The notes under the pieces are model-generated. The model had not been told where the DNA came from, did no database searches, and saw nothing but the letters and a program-made list of their open reading frames with translations. Positions 1-13,100 of a stretch of DNA of 33,870 nt are shown here, piece after piece; position 1 is the first letter of the stretch, and each line of letters starts with the position of its first letter. The translations under genes and the position numbers were made by a program. The stretch covers positions 1 through 33,870 of the forward strand of contig JAVECS010000035.1 in the NCBI GenBank assembly GCA_051942165.1. Reading direction: 5' to 3'. Source of the DNA: Circinaria calcarea (Eukaryota).

Positions 1-358
1 AAGTAATGGAAGTGGGGGGGGGCGGGGGCTGACTCGGTGGCGCGTTGGGTGGAGCACGTTGTGGGCTTACTGGGGAAGGCTTTGCCTTGTGGATGAGGAC
101 TCTGCTTGAAGGAGGTGACTGCGGGCTACCAAAGGTCCCCAGTGAGCCGAATGAGCCAGATAACCTCCTCGCAAAGCTGTTCCGTCTATTGTGGCTATTA
201 TGGGCTGTTGCAGACGACTTGCTTGAAGCTGTCGACTGAGACCATCGGTTGAGGTTTCCAATTCCCTCCGTTATTCCACTGATGCTACTGGGTCTGTCAT
301 GAGCCGTAGCCGCCTTCCGCCTGGCATCAAATGGGTGCCCCGACGTGGACGAAACCAT
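1..358 (-). CDS. 5' part of a Ser/Pro-rich fungal protein (possibly the Pezizomycotina MIT-domain protein family); gene continues beyond the left edge
   Basis: Open minus frame from ATG at 358 to the window edge: MVSSTSGHPFDARRKAATAHDRPSSISGITEGIGNLNRWSQSTASSKSS...PPSQPPPPP. It has no stop inside the window, so it is absent from the ORF track. The GNLNRWSQST motif is recalled from fungal MIT-domain proteins, but the domain itself is not visible. A possible upstream intron (391-528) makes the true start uncertain. Confidence 0.55.
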   Translation of the reverse strand, partial: MVSSTSGHPFDARRKAATAHDRPSSISGITEGIGNLNRWSQSTASSKSSATAHNSHNRRNSFARRLSGSFGSLGTFGSPQSPPSSRVLIHKAKPSPVSPQRAPPNAPPSQPPPPPTSIT

Positions 359-2854
359 TGCGCTAGGGCTCGTGGACCGTACTGCCGAACCTGTCAGTTT
401 AGCACCATCCGTTGGCGACGGCGGCGCAACATGGTGTACTGTTGCGGTAGAGGAGCTGACTATTGCTTTCTTCTTAGAAGGCTGACGCTGGTAAAAGCTT
501 GGCATGGCCAAAATCGAAGTCATTTTACCTGGAGGTGCGCCGTGCGCGCCTCGTGGTTGTGGTTCCCGAGATTTGAGTTTGGGCCATGCGAGTGGTGGAT
601 AGCCGGATCAAACCCCAATGTTCGACTGATGATATAGATGGTGCGAGGACAGTAATCGATCACTTCCCGAGTATGCTTCTGGGTCAAGGGAACAAAGACT
701 CAACTGCCTGCCGAGGCGTTCTCCGCAAGACTGTGAGTTCCGAAAGCTTGAAGAAGCGAACAAGGGATATGCGCCGGTATATGGACGTCCGGGGGCCTGG
801 GGAGTCGAGGATTTTGTATAGAGTTGTTGAAGTGTGTGTGGTCAAGGGGGCTCGATTTTGCGAAAACGGACTGGCGCCAAGGGCTCGCGAGTCGGCGGAG
901 GATAGCAACCTGGCTGCGAGGTGGTAGGGCAGTGTGCTGGGTGGATTGGGCCGAAGATGTCGAAGAAGAAGATGGAGGACTCGAGGTTCTGCGGTGACCT
1001 ATGAAGGCTCGTTGGCTTGGCCAATCTCTGAGGCGAACGGTATTGCACCGCGCACGTTCTTCGAGTCTATTCTCCAGGACCAAGTGGCATCTCCTACTCC
1101 GTACCTGGTCGCAGACTCCGGGCCCGAGCTTATGTTTTGATGGACGTTGGTTTCTAGCCTCGTCGACTTGAAAACGACCGCGCCATTACGTGCACTGCAA
1201 GTACCGTGATGGACCGGTAAGGAGGTCTGCGATTGGTGCTTCCAGATAGATTACCATACCCGAGCTCCTAGCCTTAGTCTCCCCTGTACTTTCTCTTCCA
1301 GGAGAAGAATCCGAGTGCGCCTCCTAACCCATATGCCCGGGCCCATGGGCTTTGGCCCTCAGCTGCGGAGACTATCTATACTTATGATACTACATGGTAC
1401 CGGGGATGGTGTGCGTGCGTGCCCGTATGCGACATAAAGGGCGTGATGGGAGTGTTTTCTTGTATTGGCACGCTTATAGCGGAGAGATTAGCTGTACGTA
1501 ACTAACCAGCCGGTTGGAGGGGGATCCGGACAGGGCTGACTCGAGGACGCGGCCGAAGCTCATAGATGTCTTCACTTCATCTCGGGGAATAGGAAAGTTG
1601 AATCCATCCATCCATCCGATTTTGAAACTCCCGCTGGCGGTCCACCTCAAGCAAATCGACCGGAAATGGGGGACAAAGTAAAAGTGTCAGTCAGCCTTAC
1701 CATACTCCTGCACTCGGGGAAGTAAATTACCGTACCAACGACTAGCGTTCCTGTGTATCCAACACCGCTGTATATCATGGGCAGACGTCCTTCTCAAGGA
1801 GTCATCTGTGCCACGAGAGTGGCCACGTCTTCCGTGCTCATGAAAGCCACGTCAGGACCAAAGATTCCTTTCCATGGCTAACTCCGTGGCATCGGATCCC
1901 ATCATACCTCCTGAACTCACACCCACCAGCCCACGGACGTGTTTGTGCGAGTCTACTAAGAAGTCGACGCTATAAACTTGCAGGCGTTGTACTTGCTGTT
2001 ACATTGGAGGTAATGGCCAGGATACCACGGCCGCGTAGGAATGTTAAGTCACAGTACGGTACTTTTACTTATTGTACCACCGCCGCATCCGACGGGTGCA
2101 AGCAATCAGACAAACACTACTTTCGACGGAATCTCATACGAACGGGTTGCTCTCTGTAAACTAGCTGGAGAAAGGACGCGTCACTGGTGACGGTGATGGT
2201 ACACGTCCCGAGACACACACTTTTACTGTAAATAATGGTGTTCATGGTCAGTACAGAGAAAGTTGATTCCATCTTACACATCTCATCCATCGCAGTTTAG
2301 AGGCCGCGATAACCTTAGCAAGGAACAAGCAACCTTGGATGTTTCTAGCCTTTAGATTCACTCAAGTCACATACCAATCTGTGACCATCTCGAATGTTTA
2401 CTGTACAGTGCTGCAATCATATGCAACGCAAGCCATTACCCTAGCTAGAATATCATCCCCAACCATGACGAAGCCTACAAAACCAACGTCAGCGCAATAC
2501 CGAAACAAGGAACTTCTTGAAACCCGAGTTCAATCAACGTGTCTCGAGTCTCATCCTCATCTGTGTAGCAGAATGGACAACGGAGGAAGCCCCTTGCACA
2601 GAGGGTAGAAACATACGCAGTGGTTGAACACCACAGTTGCTTTACGATCGCATCTAGTATCAATCTCTTGGTCAGGCAACCCCTTCGCATATGCTTTACT
2701 TGAAGACACCTTTGCCGCGATCGATCGGATCTCCCCTCCCAATGCAGTACAACAATTCCGCTCTCTGTGGCATACCCTCCCAATCGGCCAAGGCCAGCTG
2801 AGAGCCTGTCGGAGCGATGTGAGGTACATCCCCAGTAGGCACTGGCGGATTTTG

Positions 2855-5677
2855 CTACCCATGAGGCTTCGGCGGGCTGGCAGATGCGCCAGCAGAGTTT
2901 TCGTCCACACACGGAGCAACTCTGCTTGAGGGGAGCATCCTCCTCTTCTGGTGGCGAATCTCACGATTAGCTCCAAGGACATCTAAACCAGAGCAACCTC
3001 CAGCAAGGTCCTCTTTGGAAGCTGACAAATGGTCGAGCCCACGAGCTTTCCTCTTCGATCCAGGGATGTTCTGCGAACTGAGCCGGATACTCAAGTCTCT
3101 CGACTGAAGGAGTTCATCAGGTTGATAACCACTGACGCTTGTCTTACCATGTCGCTGAGAGGTACTCTGACTTTCTGTGCGGAGGCTTGAGTGTTTTCTT
3201 ACATGAATTTCGTCTGATATTGGCTTATCACTTTGCCCAAATGATCCCCTAAATGGATCCCCATGATCCACAGCATATCCTGGTAGCAAGCCACGGCTCT
3301 GTCCGAATGCAATGTGCCTAGGTTGAGATACAGCGTCGGATGTGGATTTAAAGCTTCGATCTGTAGGTTTACGCTGTTCTCTATATCGGCGCCCCTCCCA
3401 TACCGAAGATGGACTGGCTCTCTGTTCAAAGGCTTCGTACTCGGATTCAGATTTATCGAAAGACTTGCGCTGTACTCCAGGATTCTTTGCTCGTCCACCA
3501 GGGTGGTTTGCCTGGGGTTCAGATGTTCCCTTGCGGGGAATTCCCGTGCTTTCATATGGAGGTCCGGTGCTCAGATCTTCCAACCGTTGGAGATCGGGGT
3601 TAGTGGGAAAGTCGAGGCCAATCTGACGAGGTGACACACAGGAGCAACCTTCATTGCTACAATGACGATACAGGCCGTTTTCGAGAAAGACCTCCGAGCG
3701 CTTTGACATGAATGCTATCCCTTCAGAGATGTTAGGACCCGTGTTATAGCCCTGGCAATAGGCGAAAGGAAATGTGATGATCATCTCATTCTGATACTGC
3801 ACGACTTCGGCGTGAAGGACACGGCATGCAGTAAGTGTTTTCTTTGGCAAATAAAGCGCTTCATGTCTCAAGAACTGGTCGCATTGCGGTGGAAGCAGCG
3901 GTAACTTGCAATCCGGTGTAAGGGAGAGCTTATCTACAGTCAGATAGTGTATGGCCTCTTCGAGTTGCTTGTGGTCCCTTGGCTTGATAACTGTCCACAC
4001 TTTCGGAGCTCCCTGCATCATGTCAGTCGCTGGCGGCTGCCATTACAAGGAGCTACTACTCCTACTTTGTGCAGATAGTTTACTGAATATGCGGCAAGCT
4101 CTTTGGTGTGCATAACAAATGCATTGACTCCATGGTGGGTTATTGCCATCGATGTGGAGCGAAAATTGTCAAGCTTCGAGAAAAAACCCGTCGGTCGTTT
4201 CCCAAGGAGATCGTTCAAGTGAGGATCATTGCACGCAAGAGCATGGCGTAAAGCGACATTGCCTAGGTAAGTCAGCACACGTTACTGAAACCATCTGGTT
4301 CCGGGTACTTCACATTTGACATTCATAGTAAACAGTGAATTTCCTGCCCCTCGCAACAATTGCTTGATCATCTGGCTTTCCGTAACTGTGGTTTCAAATC
4401 GAGTTTCCTTCCACGCATCAGGTAAATGTCTCGCATCCAAGCTCCACTTGGTCTTCAGGCTTGTACGGTGTTGCTCAATAGCCTCAGGGCTAACTCTAAC
4501 CTCCGCAGCCGGAAGGACTTGCAGCTTATACAGAGAGACCTCCTTCGACTCGATCTTGGCAGCACTCAACCTTAGCTTGCTTGTGGGTAGCAAGGTTTGG
4601 TTCATACCAGGTAGGTCAACGGATAAGACAGGAAGCACCGCTGTTTCAGGGACAATGACCTTGACAACCCCGTTGTCACGACCGGAGATCTCTTCGACGA
4701 CTGCGAGAAAATTCGAGAATTCCTCAAAGACCTCCTTGGTAGGGCTGAAAACGTCAATGCCAGCATCTTTGGTGATGTTATAACCAGATGGAAGGTCCAT
4801 GAGTGGATGGTAACCTGGTTGCTGTGAAAGCGACCAGGCCTCTGCCTTATGGGAATAGCCTTGTGTGTCGATGAGGCTCAGCACCCGGTCTGTGGTTGGG
4901 TACAAGTTAGCTAGTGTTGATCAGAGCTTCAGGGATGTTGCTGAATTCCCAAAGAGTGCCAAAAAATGTCTTATGCACCGCATAGAAGCTGTTTAAGTGT
5001 CTTGACTTACCCTTCTGCTTATGCCATTCTTCCCACTGCAGTGGTCCTTGAGCCAGCAATTTCATTACAGGAAGTCCTCTTGGCGAACTACCCGCGATAT
5101 CGGGATGCTTTGGTGTGATTGACAAACGTCCAGGGATTTGCTTCTTAGAAGGCCTAGTAAGTTGAATCCCATGAGGACTGTAGCTCAAGTCACGATTGGG
5201 GGTTGATGGCCCCTCGACGCCATCGCTTATTGTTGACTGACTACTCCCTTCATACTGACTACCTTCATCACCATTGCCTGCTTCATCAGGTAAAGGTGCT
5301 GCGCTACCGTCCGCCAGCAAGGCCACGTCCAAACTCTGTCGAGGTAAGGGTTCTTTATTTGCTGCAAGGGCGGTTACTACTTTCAACGTTCTCCGAGTAA
5401 CGTGGATGCGGGAGTCTTTTAGGATGTCTAATGGTCCCAGTTGCGTTGAGCTCCCGTTGAGAGCTGCAACTTCCTTTGCCAAGCCACTGAGGCGTGTTGT
5501 TTGAGGTTTGTTAGGAGTTATTTCATTTAAATGTGAAGGCGTTAAGCCATTGGGACGTTTTGCAGACTCATGTTGAGGTTCGGTTTCCCCTAATATCCTC
5601 GCCGCAATACGATGATTCTGCAAAGCCGGAATTGGTGACGTTGTGACCATCTGTGGATTAAGTGTCTCTTGCTGCAT
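2855..5677 (-). CDS. KDM4/Rph1-like JmjN + JmjC domain protein, about 865 aa, with degenerate Fe(II)-binding triad
   Basis: Exons 5677-5011, 4889-4314, 4262-4066 and 4012-2855 join in frame (2598 nt). Introns are 4890-5010, 4263-4313 (weak GTGAAG donor) and 4013-4065. JmjN: IDVFSPTKEVFEEFSNFL...GVVKVIVPE. JmjC: FVMHTKELAAYSVNYLHKGAPKVW...CDQFLRHE...EMIITFPFAYCQGYNTGPNISEGIAF, which aligns with KDM4 [22 protein letters not shown]...CEAFLRHK...[26 protein letters not shown]. Start codon uncertain. Confidence 0.85.
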
Positions 5678-5987
5678 TTCAAAACGTGGAGTCTCAACAT
5701 ATTCGTATTGCTGGCTCTCCCTGTCAGTAGCACTATTGCTCTGTTAGCAGCTTGCGACAGAGTTTCCAAGTCATGCGATTTAACACACAGAGTACCATTT
5801 TGAGGCTCGCCATGCACCAAACTCTCCATTCGGTCTTGTGGAGCACTATGAAGAGCGTCAACGAAAGGGCCCGGTCGAGATCAAGGCAGCCATATCTGTA
5901 CTTGAACGCTAGAGTTGACTGCATCGCCGACATTTGACTCAAAGTTGTATAAACGTACCCAACAAACCGTTTTACTTCAAAAACTCG

Positions 5988-6469
5988 ACGCGTTTTGCTA
6001 TACTCACAGTATCCACGAGAATAGCAAAGTAGCAAGAGCAAGGATCCTAGAGGTTGCCGAATTGTTTATGCTCGGGTGAGTGTTTCTACGAAGGTCAGCT
6101 GTAAAAGGACCCTTTCTGTTTGAGCTTTCTAGTGAGAGACCTCTTTATGCTCTGGGCCCTATACCTGAAGAGAGTAACGCTTTCGAGTATATCAGCACAC
6201 CTTTCAGCCAAACCCTGCCACTTCTGCGTGTACTCAAGCAAAAAGAGCAAGCAACCCGAGCAACTGGACTCTCGGGCTGTACTGTTGTGTTGTTTACGCG
6301 CGTCTCGCAACCTTAAGCACGCGAAGCGAAGTGTGCATCGACCCCTTAGGGCTGGTAGGGCAAAAGGGGGCCGGCCTTTTAAAAGCACCGAGCTATGCTA
6401 ACCTGTGTCAGGTTCGCATCAATGACCATCTGACCTTAGCTCTCTCCCGGTCACTGCGGAATCTCGCGT
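5988..6469. promoter_or_regulatory. Cluster of MCB-like ACGCG cores upstream of the JmjC gene
   Basis: ACGCGT at 5988-5993, ACGCGCGT at 6296-6303, CACGCGAA at 6318-6325 and TCGCGT at 6464-6469. Sequence match only. Confidence 0.3.
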
Positions 6470-7141
6470 TGGATTTTTTGTGGGGGTTGTACGTAAGGTC
6501 CCGTGGGAAGTCGATGGAAGAGTTCGTGGGACGAGTTTTAGACAGGGGTAGAAAATACGAGATAGTGATGAATTTGTGTCAACGTTCTGGGACGCTATGA
6601 AGTAGTAACAAAGTACTTGCGAGATTCTGCTGGCGTCCGGGATATGGTTTTGAGAGCGTGATCACTCGTCGGACATACGGAGGAGTGGGTACATTGTATA
6701 CGCATCGCTCTGATGGCATCAGGGTTGATCAAGGGGATTGACGAGTGATGAATCGATGGAACAACAGTTTGAATGGTGTACATGTCTGTTTGTCTGGTTG
6801 CTTTGGCTACGTTGCAACTCCTGTTACTCTAGTTACGAGATGCTTTCGGAGCACTACTGTGGTAGAAGGAACGAATTGTACATCTGAAGGACCTTAAAGA
6901 TTCCGCGGAATATTGACATGTCGCATCACAGCATCCCAGGATGATTTGGTAAACTCCACTTGGCCTTGTAGCGGAATGGGTGTGAAACGCTTAAGGGAGA
7001 CGAGAGATTCGATAGATGCCCTAGCTAGCGTATTTTCTGGTTAAATCTCCACAATCATGACGTGGCATAAAGTACAAATCGTTTCTCATCAAGAAATCAA
7101 GTCCTAGCTCCCGGACTCTCCGTATCAACCTCACATGCTCC

Positions 7142-10100
7142 TTATTCATCCTCCGGGCAATTCGAGAACAGGCTATTGGGCATTCCAGAACTATACTCGA
7201 CGTTCCGTTCGACCTTTGTCATCTCCTTTTCTGATCTCAGACTGAAGGCTCCATTGGATGTCTTTACAAGCTTTTTGCTTGTGCATTCCTGGAAGATATC
7301 GACGTCTATCGTCTTTAGCGCTAAGAATCGATACAAGTACACCGGCCTGATCTGTCCGAAGCGACGAGCTCGTCCAACGCACTGGGTATTCCAAGCATCG
7401 TATTCACTCTGGTTTTGCGCCAGGAGCGGCGATACGAATACGACATGATTAGCATTTGTAAGATTGCTGTGAGTACAAGACGTTAGTACTATATTCTATA
7501 GCAGTAGAGTGAGACATTACTTACGCCCCAGCAGATGACTCATTCGAGCAGTTCAAAAGCAGCACTTTCCGCTTCTTCGAGGTTTTATCTTCTTGGAAGC
7601 CATCCATCATGTCAGCGGCTTTGTTATTGGGTAGATTTTCCCGAATCGCATAGTGTGAGACTCCATTTTCTTGAAATGCTTTCGCAATTTTCTCCATAAG
7701 ATCATCAAACTGTACAAAGAGTAAAGCCTGCTCATCGGACGGTATATCTTTCTTGATCAGACTAACAATATCATCGATCTTTTTACCATGGTGAGATCTA
7801 ATATGAACATCACCATCACCAGGGCCGAGATCAGTAGACTTGAACGTATGATATTCCATCATAGGAGCGTCGCAACCAATTACCGGGCACTGTGTACGAA
7901 GAACTGCCATGCCACGACATCGCTTACAGATGGCATGCCCACAGTGAACAAGGATCAAGGCATCGTTAGCATCGTCGACTTCGTGTCCACAATCGAGGCG
8001 GACTCCACCTTGCCTATGGTTCTGGAAAGACGCCTTTTGAATGAAGCGAAGTGCTCTCTTCTTGTAAACGTATTCGCCGACTAGAGCATGTAGACCTGCA
8101 ACCATGTCGCGCAGTGCAGAAACTGTTACCTCGTTCCACGCAACTTCGGTGGACGCGTCCCGACCTGCATCCATAATCATGGTATTGAGGATAGTTCTAA
8201 CCTCTTCATCCCCGCAGCTACCATTCTTTATATTATGAGACCAACGATCATAATGTTTATCTTTTTCCTTAAGGTGCTTTTTAAACGCGGCAGCCTTAGA
8301 CAGCTCGGTTTTAAGTTTACAATGTGTCTCACTGAGTTGATCTCGACGGGTCTCCTCGATGGTCTTGCAATCAACACTAATGCTCTTTGAATAGTCGTTG
8401 ATACCTATAGAGCATCGCTTCAACAATGCTTCCTCGGCTGTTTTGCTTGAATCCAGAAGCTCATCAAGACGCTGGCTCCGATCATTTCCACCTCCTGACC
8501 GATGCTTTTTTGGAATCCTCATGCCATGTGAGCAAAGCTTCATATGTAACTCCAGATAGGCTACATAATCTGCAGCTGGCAAGGCTAGCCCCATTAGGTT
8601 CTCCCGCATCGGGATCGCATCGATCTCGGCAGTATTCTGACTTTAATTAACACATGCATTATCAAATGGTGTTGGAGATATACATACCTGCCTGACAAAG
8701 TGATCAAGGAACTCCTGGGCAAGCGTATGCCGTTGTTCATGCCAGACCGGGGAAAAGACTTGATTATAGGATTGAAACTGCTCAGCCGCTAGAGACTATT
8801 AGCGTAAGATCACCACGCAGGAGATAAGAGCACATACCGGTTCTATCTTTTTGAATAGCCTTGATATTTCGGTTGCTTAAATAACCCCTAGTAGCATCGT
8901 CCATACCTAGATTGATCCGCAAGAAGCCCGCAAGGATTTTAACATCCGCAAAATCGCCTAGAGTAGGTGTCCCGGACAGCACCCAACGTGACACGGCCAT
9001 TAACGACGTAATGGAGGCAGCATCTTTGCTAGTCACGTAGGTGAACTCATCTAACACCACGCGATTGAAGAAATAAACCTCAAAGGGTAAACCCCGTATG
9101 TCTTTTGCGCACTTAGCTTGCCGGAATCCGAAAAGATCTCTGTCATCCTGTGGAGGCTCGCCAGTTAAAGTCTTTGCCAACGTCGGCTTTTCACCAACTT
9201 TGCGCTTGGTGCCGCATTTTAGCTTCGAGTCCGGGCAATTAGTTAAGATCGAGCTTGTGCTAGCTTGCTTGCCCTCGTTTGCTGTCACATATCTCTTGCC
9301 TCTTAGCCGCTTCGACGGGGCTTGAAAGGGTAGGCGATCATCATCCTCTGTCAGATAAAGTCTTTGTTTGAGAGTCTGCGCAAAGTCTCTTGGAAAAGGT
9401 AAGGTTTGAAGCTCCTCCATATGCTTTGCAGCATTATCGACTGCGGTGGTCAACCAAGCTGCAAAAGCTCGACCTTGCAAGGACGATGGAGCTTCGGGCA
9501 AGGCAGAAAACTGAGAAAGTCTCCGAAGATAACTTTCACCGGTGAGGATCGTCCATGGGGCGATAATTACGTCTGCGCCCTCAAAGTCCGAGATCGTGAG
9601 ATGTATGAGCTGTGCAATGGTCTTTACCACTAGGATGTTGTAGTCGCTACCAAGGAACTTCTTCGCTTGCTTCTGCCATTGAGGTATCAGCGTTGTTGGA
9701 ACGAGGATGAGCGTTCCCTTCAGCGGAACTCTTCCAGCAAGGCCATGTACTGGAAGGGTCTTTCTAGCCTTAGTATTTTCCTTCCATTCATTTCTAGGTA
9801 GAGATCCTTCAAGTCCTGTTTCAGCCGCACGCTTTTGAAAGTCTATTAAAGCCAGCGTAATGATCGTTTTCCCGTAGCCGACCTCATCGGCAAGTACACC
9901 GCCTCGAACATAATGTGCTCTCCGTACCCGGGCTTCTGCTCGCCAACCCAAAGACGTCAAGCATGCCTCCTGGACCTCTTGTTCATAGAATGGCGGAGCA
10001 TGCTCATCTTCTTGGGCTATCATCCAAGACAGTGAACGCTCTTGCTCAGGGCGGAGTGAAAATGGAGTACCGTCATCATACTTCCCAAGAAATGCATGAG

Positions 10101-13100
10101 GTCTATGGCGATCTGCTTTGTTATTCGACAAACCGAATTCCGGTAGTGGATTCGGTGCTTGAAGGACGTGTTTAGTATTCAGACGCCAGGATACCTCAGT
10201 ATCCGTGTGGGATATGAGCGCTGGGAAGCATCCTAGCGCCCGATGAATCAGGGTCGGAATGTTGAGCGCAACAATAAGGTGACAGACGTTGGAGTTGTCG
10301 ACTTGAACTTGTGCCACGAAAGGCGAAGGTCTCGCTTTGACGGCACACTCGTATGGTCCAGCCTGCTGTGGATCTTCATAAGGGATTTGCTTAACTGTAT
10401 TACCTGCTTCTTCGCGCCTCCATCTGATGTCCGGTCGATTGGGAGCACACATCTGACATTGAATATGCCTGGATGGCAATGACACTGACCTCCACCGGTC
10501 CGAGAAGCCACCAAGATCCTTGATTCTCTCCATAAGCCAAGAGAAAGATGCAAATCTCTGTGCTTCGTTTGCTTGGTCGACAAGCACCCAGCCTTTTGTA
10601 GGCCACCCAATGTTCTCACCCTCTTCTAATGATACTTTGCATGATAGAATTGCTGTGAATGCATTTTGACATTGGGAGTCTACTTGAACTGCTTCATTTG
10701 GCTCCTGCATATCAGCAATCCCGGAGCTAATGGTTAAGGAGATGTCATCGGTGGGTACCGCGTATGTAGCTTCCTTCCCTACGACGATTCCTAGCATTGC
10801 ATCGCACCTTGTCCATTGCTCATGTACGACGCATTCCACTTCTTGTCTATTAGAATGACCAGACGGTCGCCACATTAGCCTATCCTTAATATAATTAGCA
10901 TCTCGCTCACAGGGCTTATGAAGCGGACCAACGCTCGCGTTGATATGGCGAACTTCTCCGTTGACCAAGCGGCGTATGTCAGAGGTGAAGACGAAAGCAT
11001 CTTTGGAAGGATTACCGATCTGGTCTGGATCCAACATGAGATACAAGTCCTTCGTTGAACCGTTGGAAGCTCTTCGATGTAAACTGCCGCAGGCAGTACC
11101 ACACTCTGGCAAGAGCGTGTAGTCACCGATAATATCGACATTGTATTGCTCGGAAATAGCATGCACATAACTAAAACGTAACTCCGACCATACCATCTCA
11201 TCTTTATAGTCCACTAAACCAAGCCGTGACTTCCAAGAAGGGACTAAGTGCCCTTTCCCTTCGACAGCAAGCAGAAAAGTCAAGCTCGTAGGAATCCGAA
11301 TGTTCCATATACCCGCAAGGATATTGCTCTTCTCCATCGACATCCGAGCAACGGGCTGTTTTAGTAACTGTCGGGTCTTGCTTTCAAAGGGTTCAGATTC
11401 TTTTGCTTTAACGTACCAAAACCATTGAGGCTTGTCTCCCTTGAATACAAGTTCTAGTCGCGAATGAAGCGATTCGTACTTGATAGTCCAAACTTCAGCG
11501 CGCTGAATCGAATGGAAGCGAAGCTCTTCTCCAAATGCAGGAGAGATGGCTTCAGAAAATACCTTCCAGTCGGATTTACTAATTGTGTCCTGATATAGGG
11601 CTTTTGCTGTCCTGAAAGAATCAGCTGTTAGACCTTGCAGTCGCATTCTCATTGGTAGAGCTTTCTTGATCCTATCGGAGAACATATGAGGTGGAATCCG
11701 AGACTTGACTGTGCTTTTTTCAGTCTCGACGTATTCGTGAAATGGACTGCCATGGCATCTTTCACAACTAGAATGTGAACACGCCTTGCAGACGAAGAGA
11801 CGCCTCGAGGTCACTGTAAGCTGCCCTTCGCAACGGCAGTGACGAGCACTTCTCTTAGCGTACGACTGAAGGTCGCTCACAATAGTATCGTTATGACTAC
11901 CAAAGTCAATAGGCCGCTCTTTCAGATGCTTCGCGTCGACCTCTTGCAAGCGAGGAAGTGAAGGTGGAATGACTGTCGATAGAGTCTCGTTCCGCTTCGG
12001 CAAGGCTTGATGACCGACAAGAAGCGCACTTAGAATAGCAGCTCCCACAACAGTAGAGGACATGGCGTTTCCAGCCAAATCCTGGAGCTCCCGCTGAGTC
12101 TCACAGGTAAGGTGTAGCTTGTCTATGGAAATCCCTTGCAGCATCAATGATTCAGCACCTACGATCGGTCCACCGCGAGTGGTGAGATACGGTTGTCCCA
12201 TTGGGGTTAGGCATGGGGTTATGCCAAATGCTGCCGAATCAACAAAGCGGTCAATGTTCTGCGATAGATCCAGGACGCGGCTAATACTATAAATCAGTAC
12301 GCTCTACCAGTTCTTGGAAAGGAAGCTCTTACGTTTTGTGTTCATGGTCGTATCCTCGATGGGCATTGCGTAAATAGGCCATGTCGAGTGTGTCCTTGAC
12401 CCGGTCCACCTGAATTACTGCCCATTCATGGTTTCCAAAGTCGACCATTCGAGACGGCCCATTCTCCTGCCATGCAGTTACGGGCCTACGATCCCCAAGC
12501 CGATTCGAGCTCCGGTAGTAGAGATGACGCTGTTGACATTTAATCCAGTTAACCTCTCTAATCAACTTCTCGTCTCCCGTTAGACTCTTGGTCAACTCCT
12601 GTATTGCAAGAAGAAGCCTGGGATCGTCCGGACCAAAAAGGAAACTGGTAACTGGAGAAGTAGCCGGTCTCTCTAAATCTTTCATCTTGGCTGCCCACTT
12701 CTTTACTGCCTCTCCAGTGGAGAAGCCTGCGGTATTACGCCGTTCGATGCAGATAACGTAACCCCGTTGTCGAGTGTGAGGAATGTAGTATTGCTTTGTA
12801 TCTACTTTAACCCATAAAGCCGAATATCCAATGTGCTCCCACATCTGTACAATTCTGCTCCATGGCGCAGTAAGGACATTTTCCAGAATTACCAACGGAG
12901 TACGGTATTTATCGGCATATTTGATGATTGCTCCGAGAGTATCGCTGGATTCACCGATCTCGTCCAGAGACTTCCCCGCATTATTCAACCTTGAAAAGTC
13001 CACACATGAGAATCCTGCGATGAGCATGTCAACATCACCTGGAACGGCGACTGGTGCCCCGTATGCCGTATCACTATTTAAGGTAGATTAGAAGTTGGTA

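Noticed and set aside
1810..1854. GCCACGTC(A) bZIP/UPRE-like motifs (1822, 1846; also CCACGTC at 20484 upstream of SCJ1)
   Set aside because: Short motifs that can occur by chance, with no conservation or expression data to support them.
299..2850. Short overlapping ORFs on both strands between the first gene and the JmjC stop
   Set aside because: No recognisable domains; consistent with UTR/promoter sequence and chance ORFs.
5678..7141. Possible DNMT5-JmjC read-through fusion
   Set aside because: DNMT5 ends normally after helicase motif VI with TAA, and the spacer has stops in all frames and no supportable exon chain.
9037..9051. Walker B reads DEFT instead of DEAH
   Set aside because: The catalytic DE pair is intact, and loss of the His appears usual in DNMT5 SNF2 domains.
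13004..13015. MTase motif IV reads FSC instead of the PC typical of C5-methyltransferases
   Set aside because: To my knowledge Ser-Cys is normal for DNMT5 and the catalytic Cys is present, so it is not evidence of inactivity.
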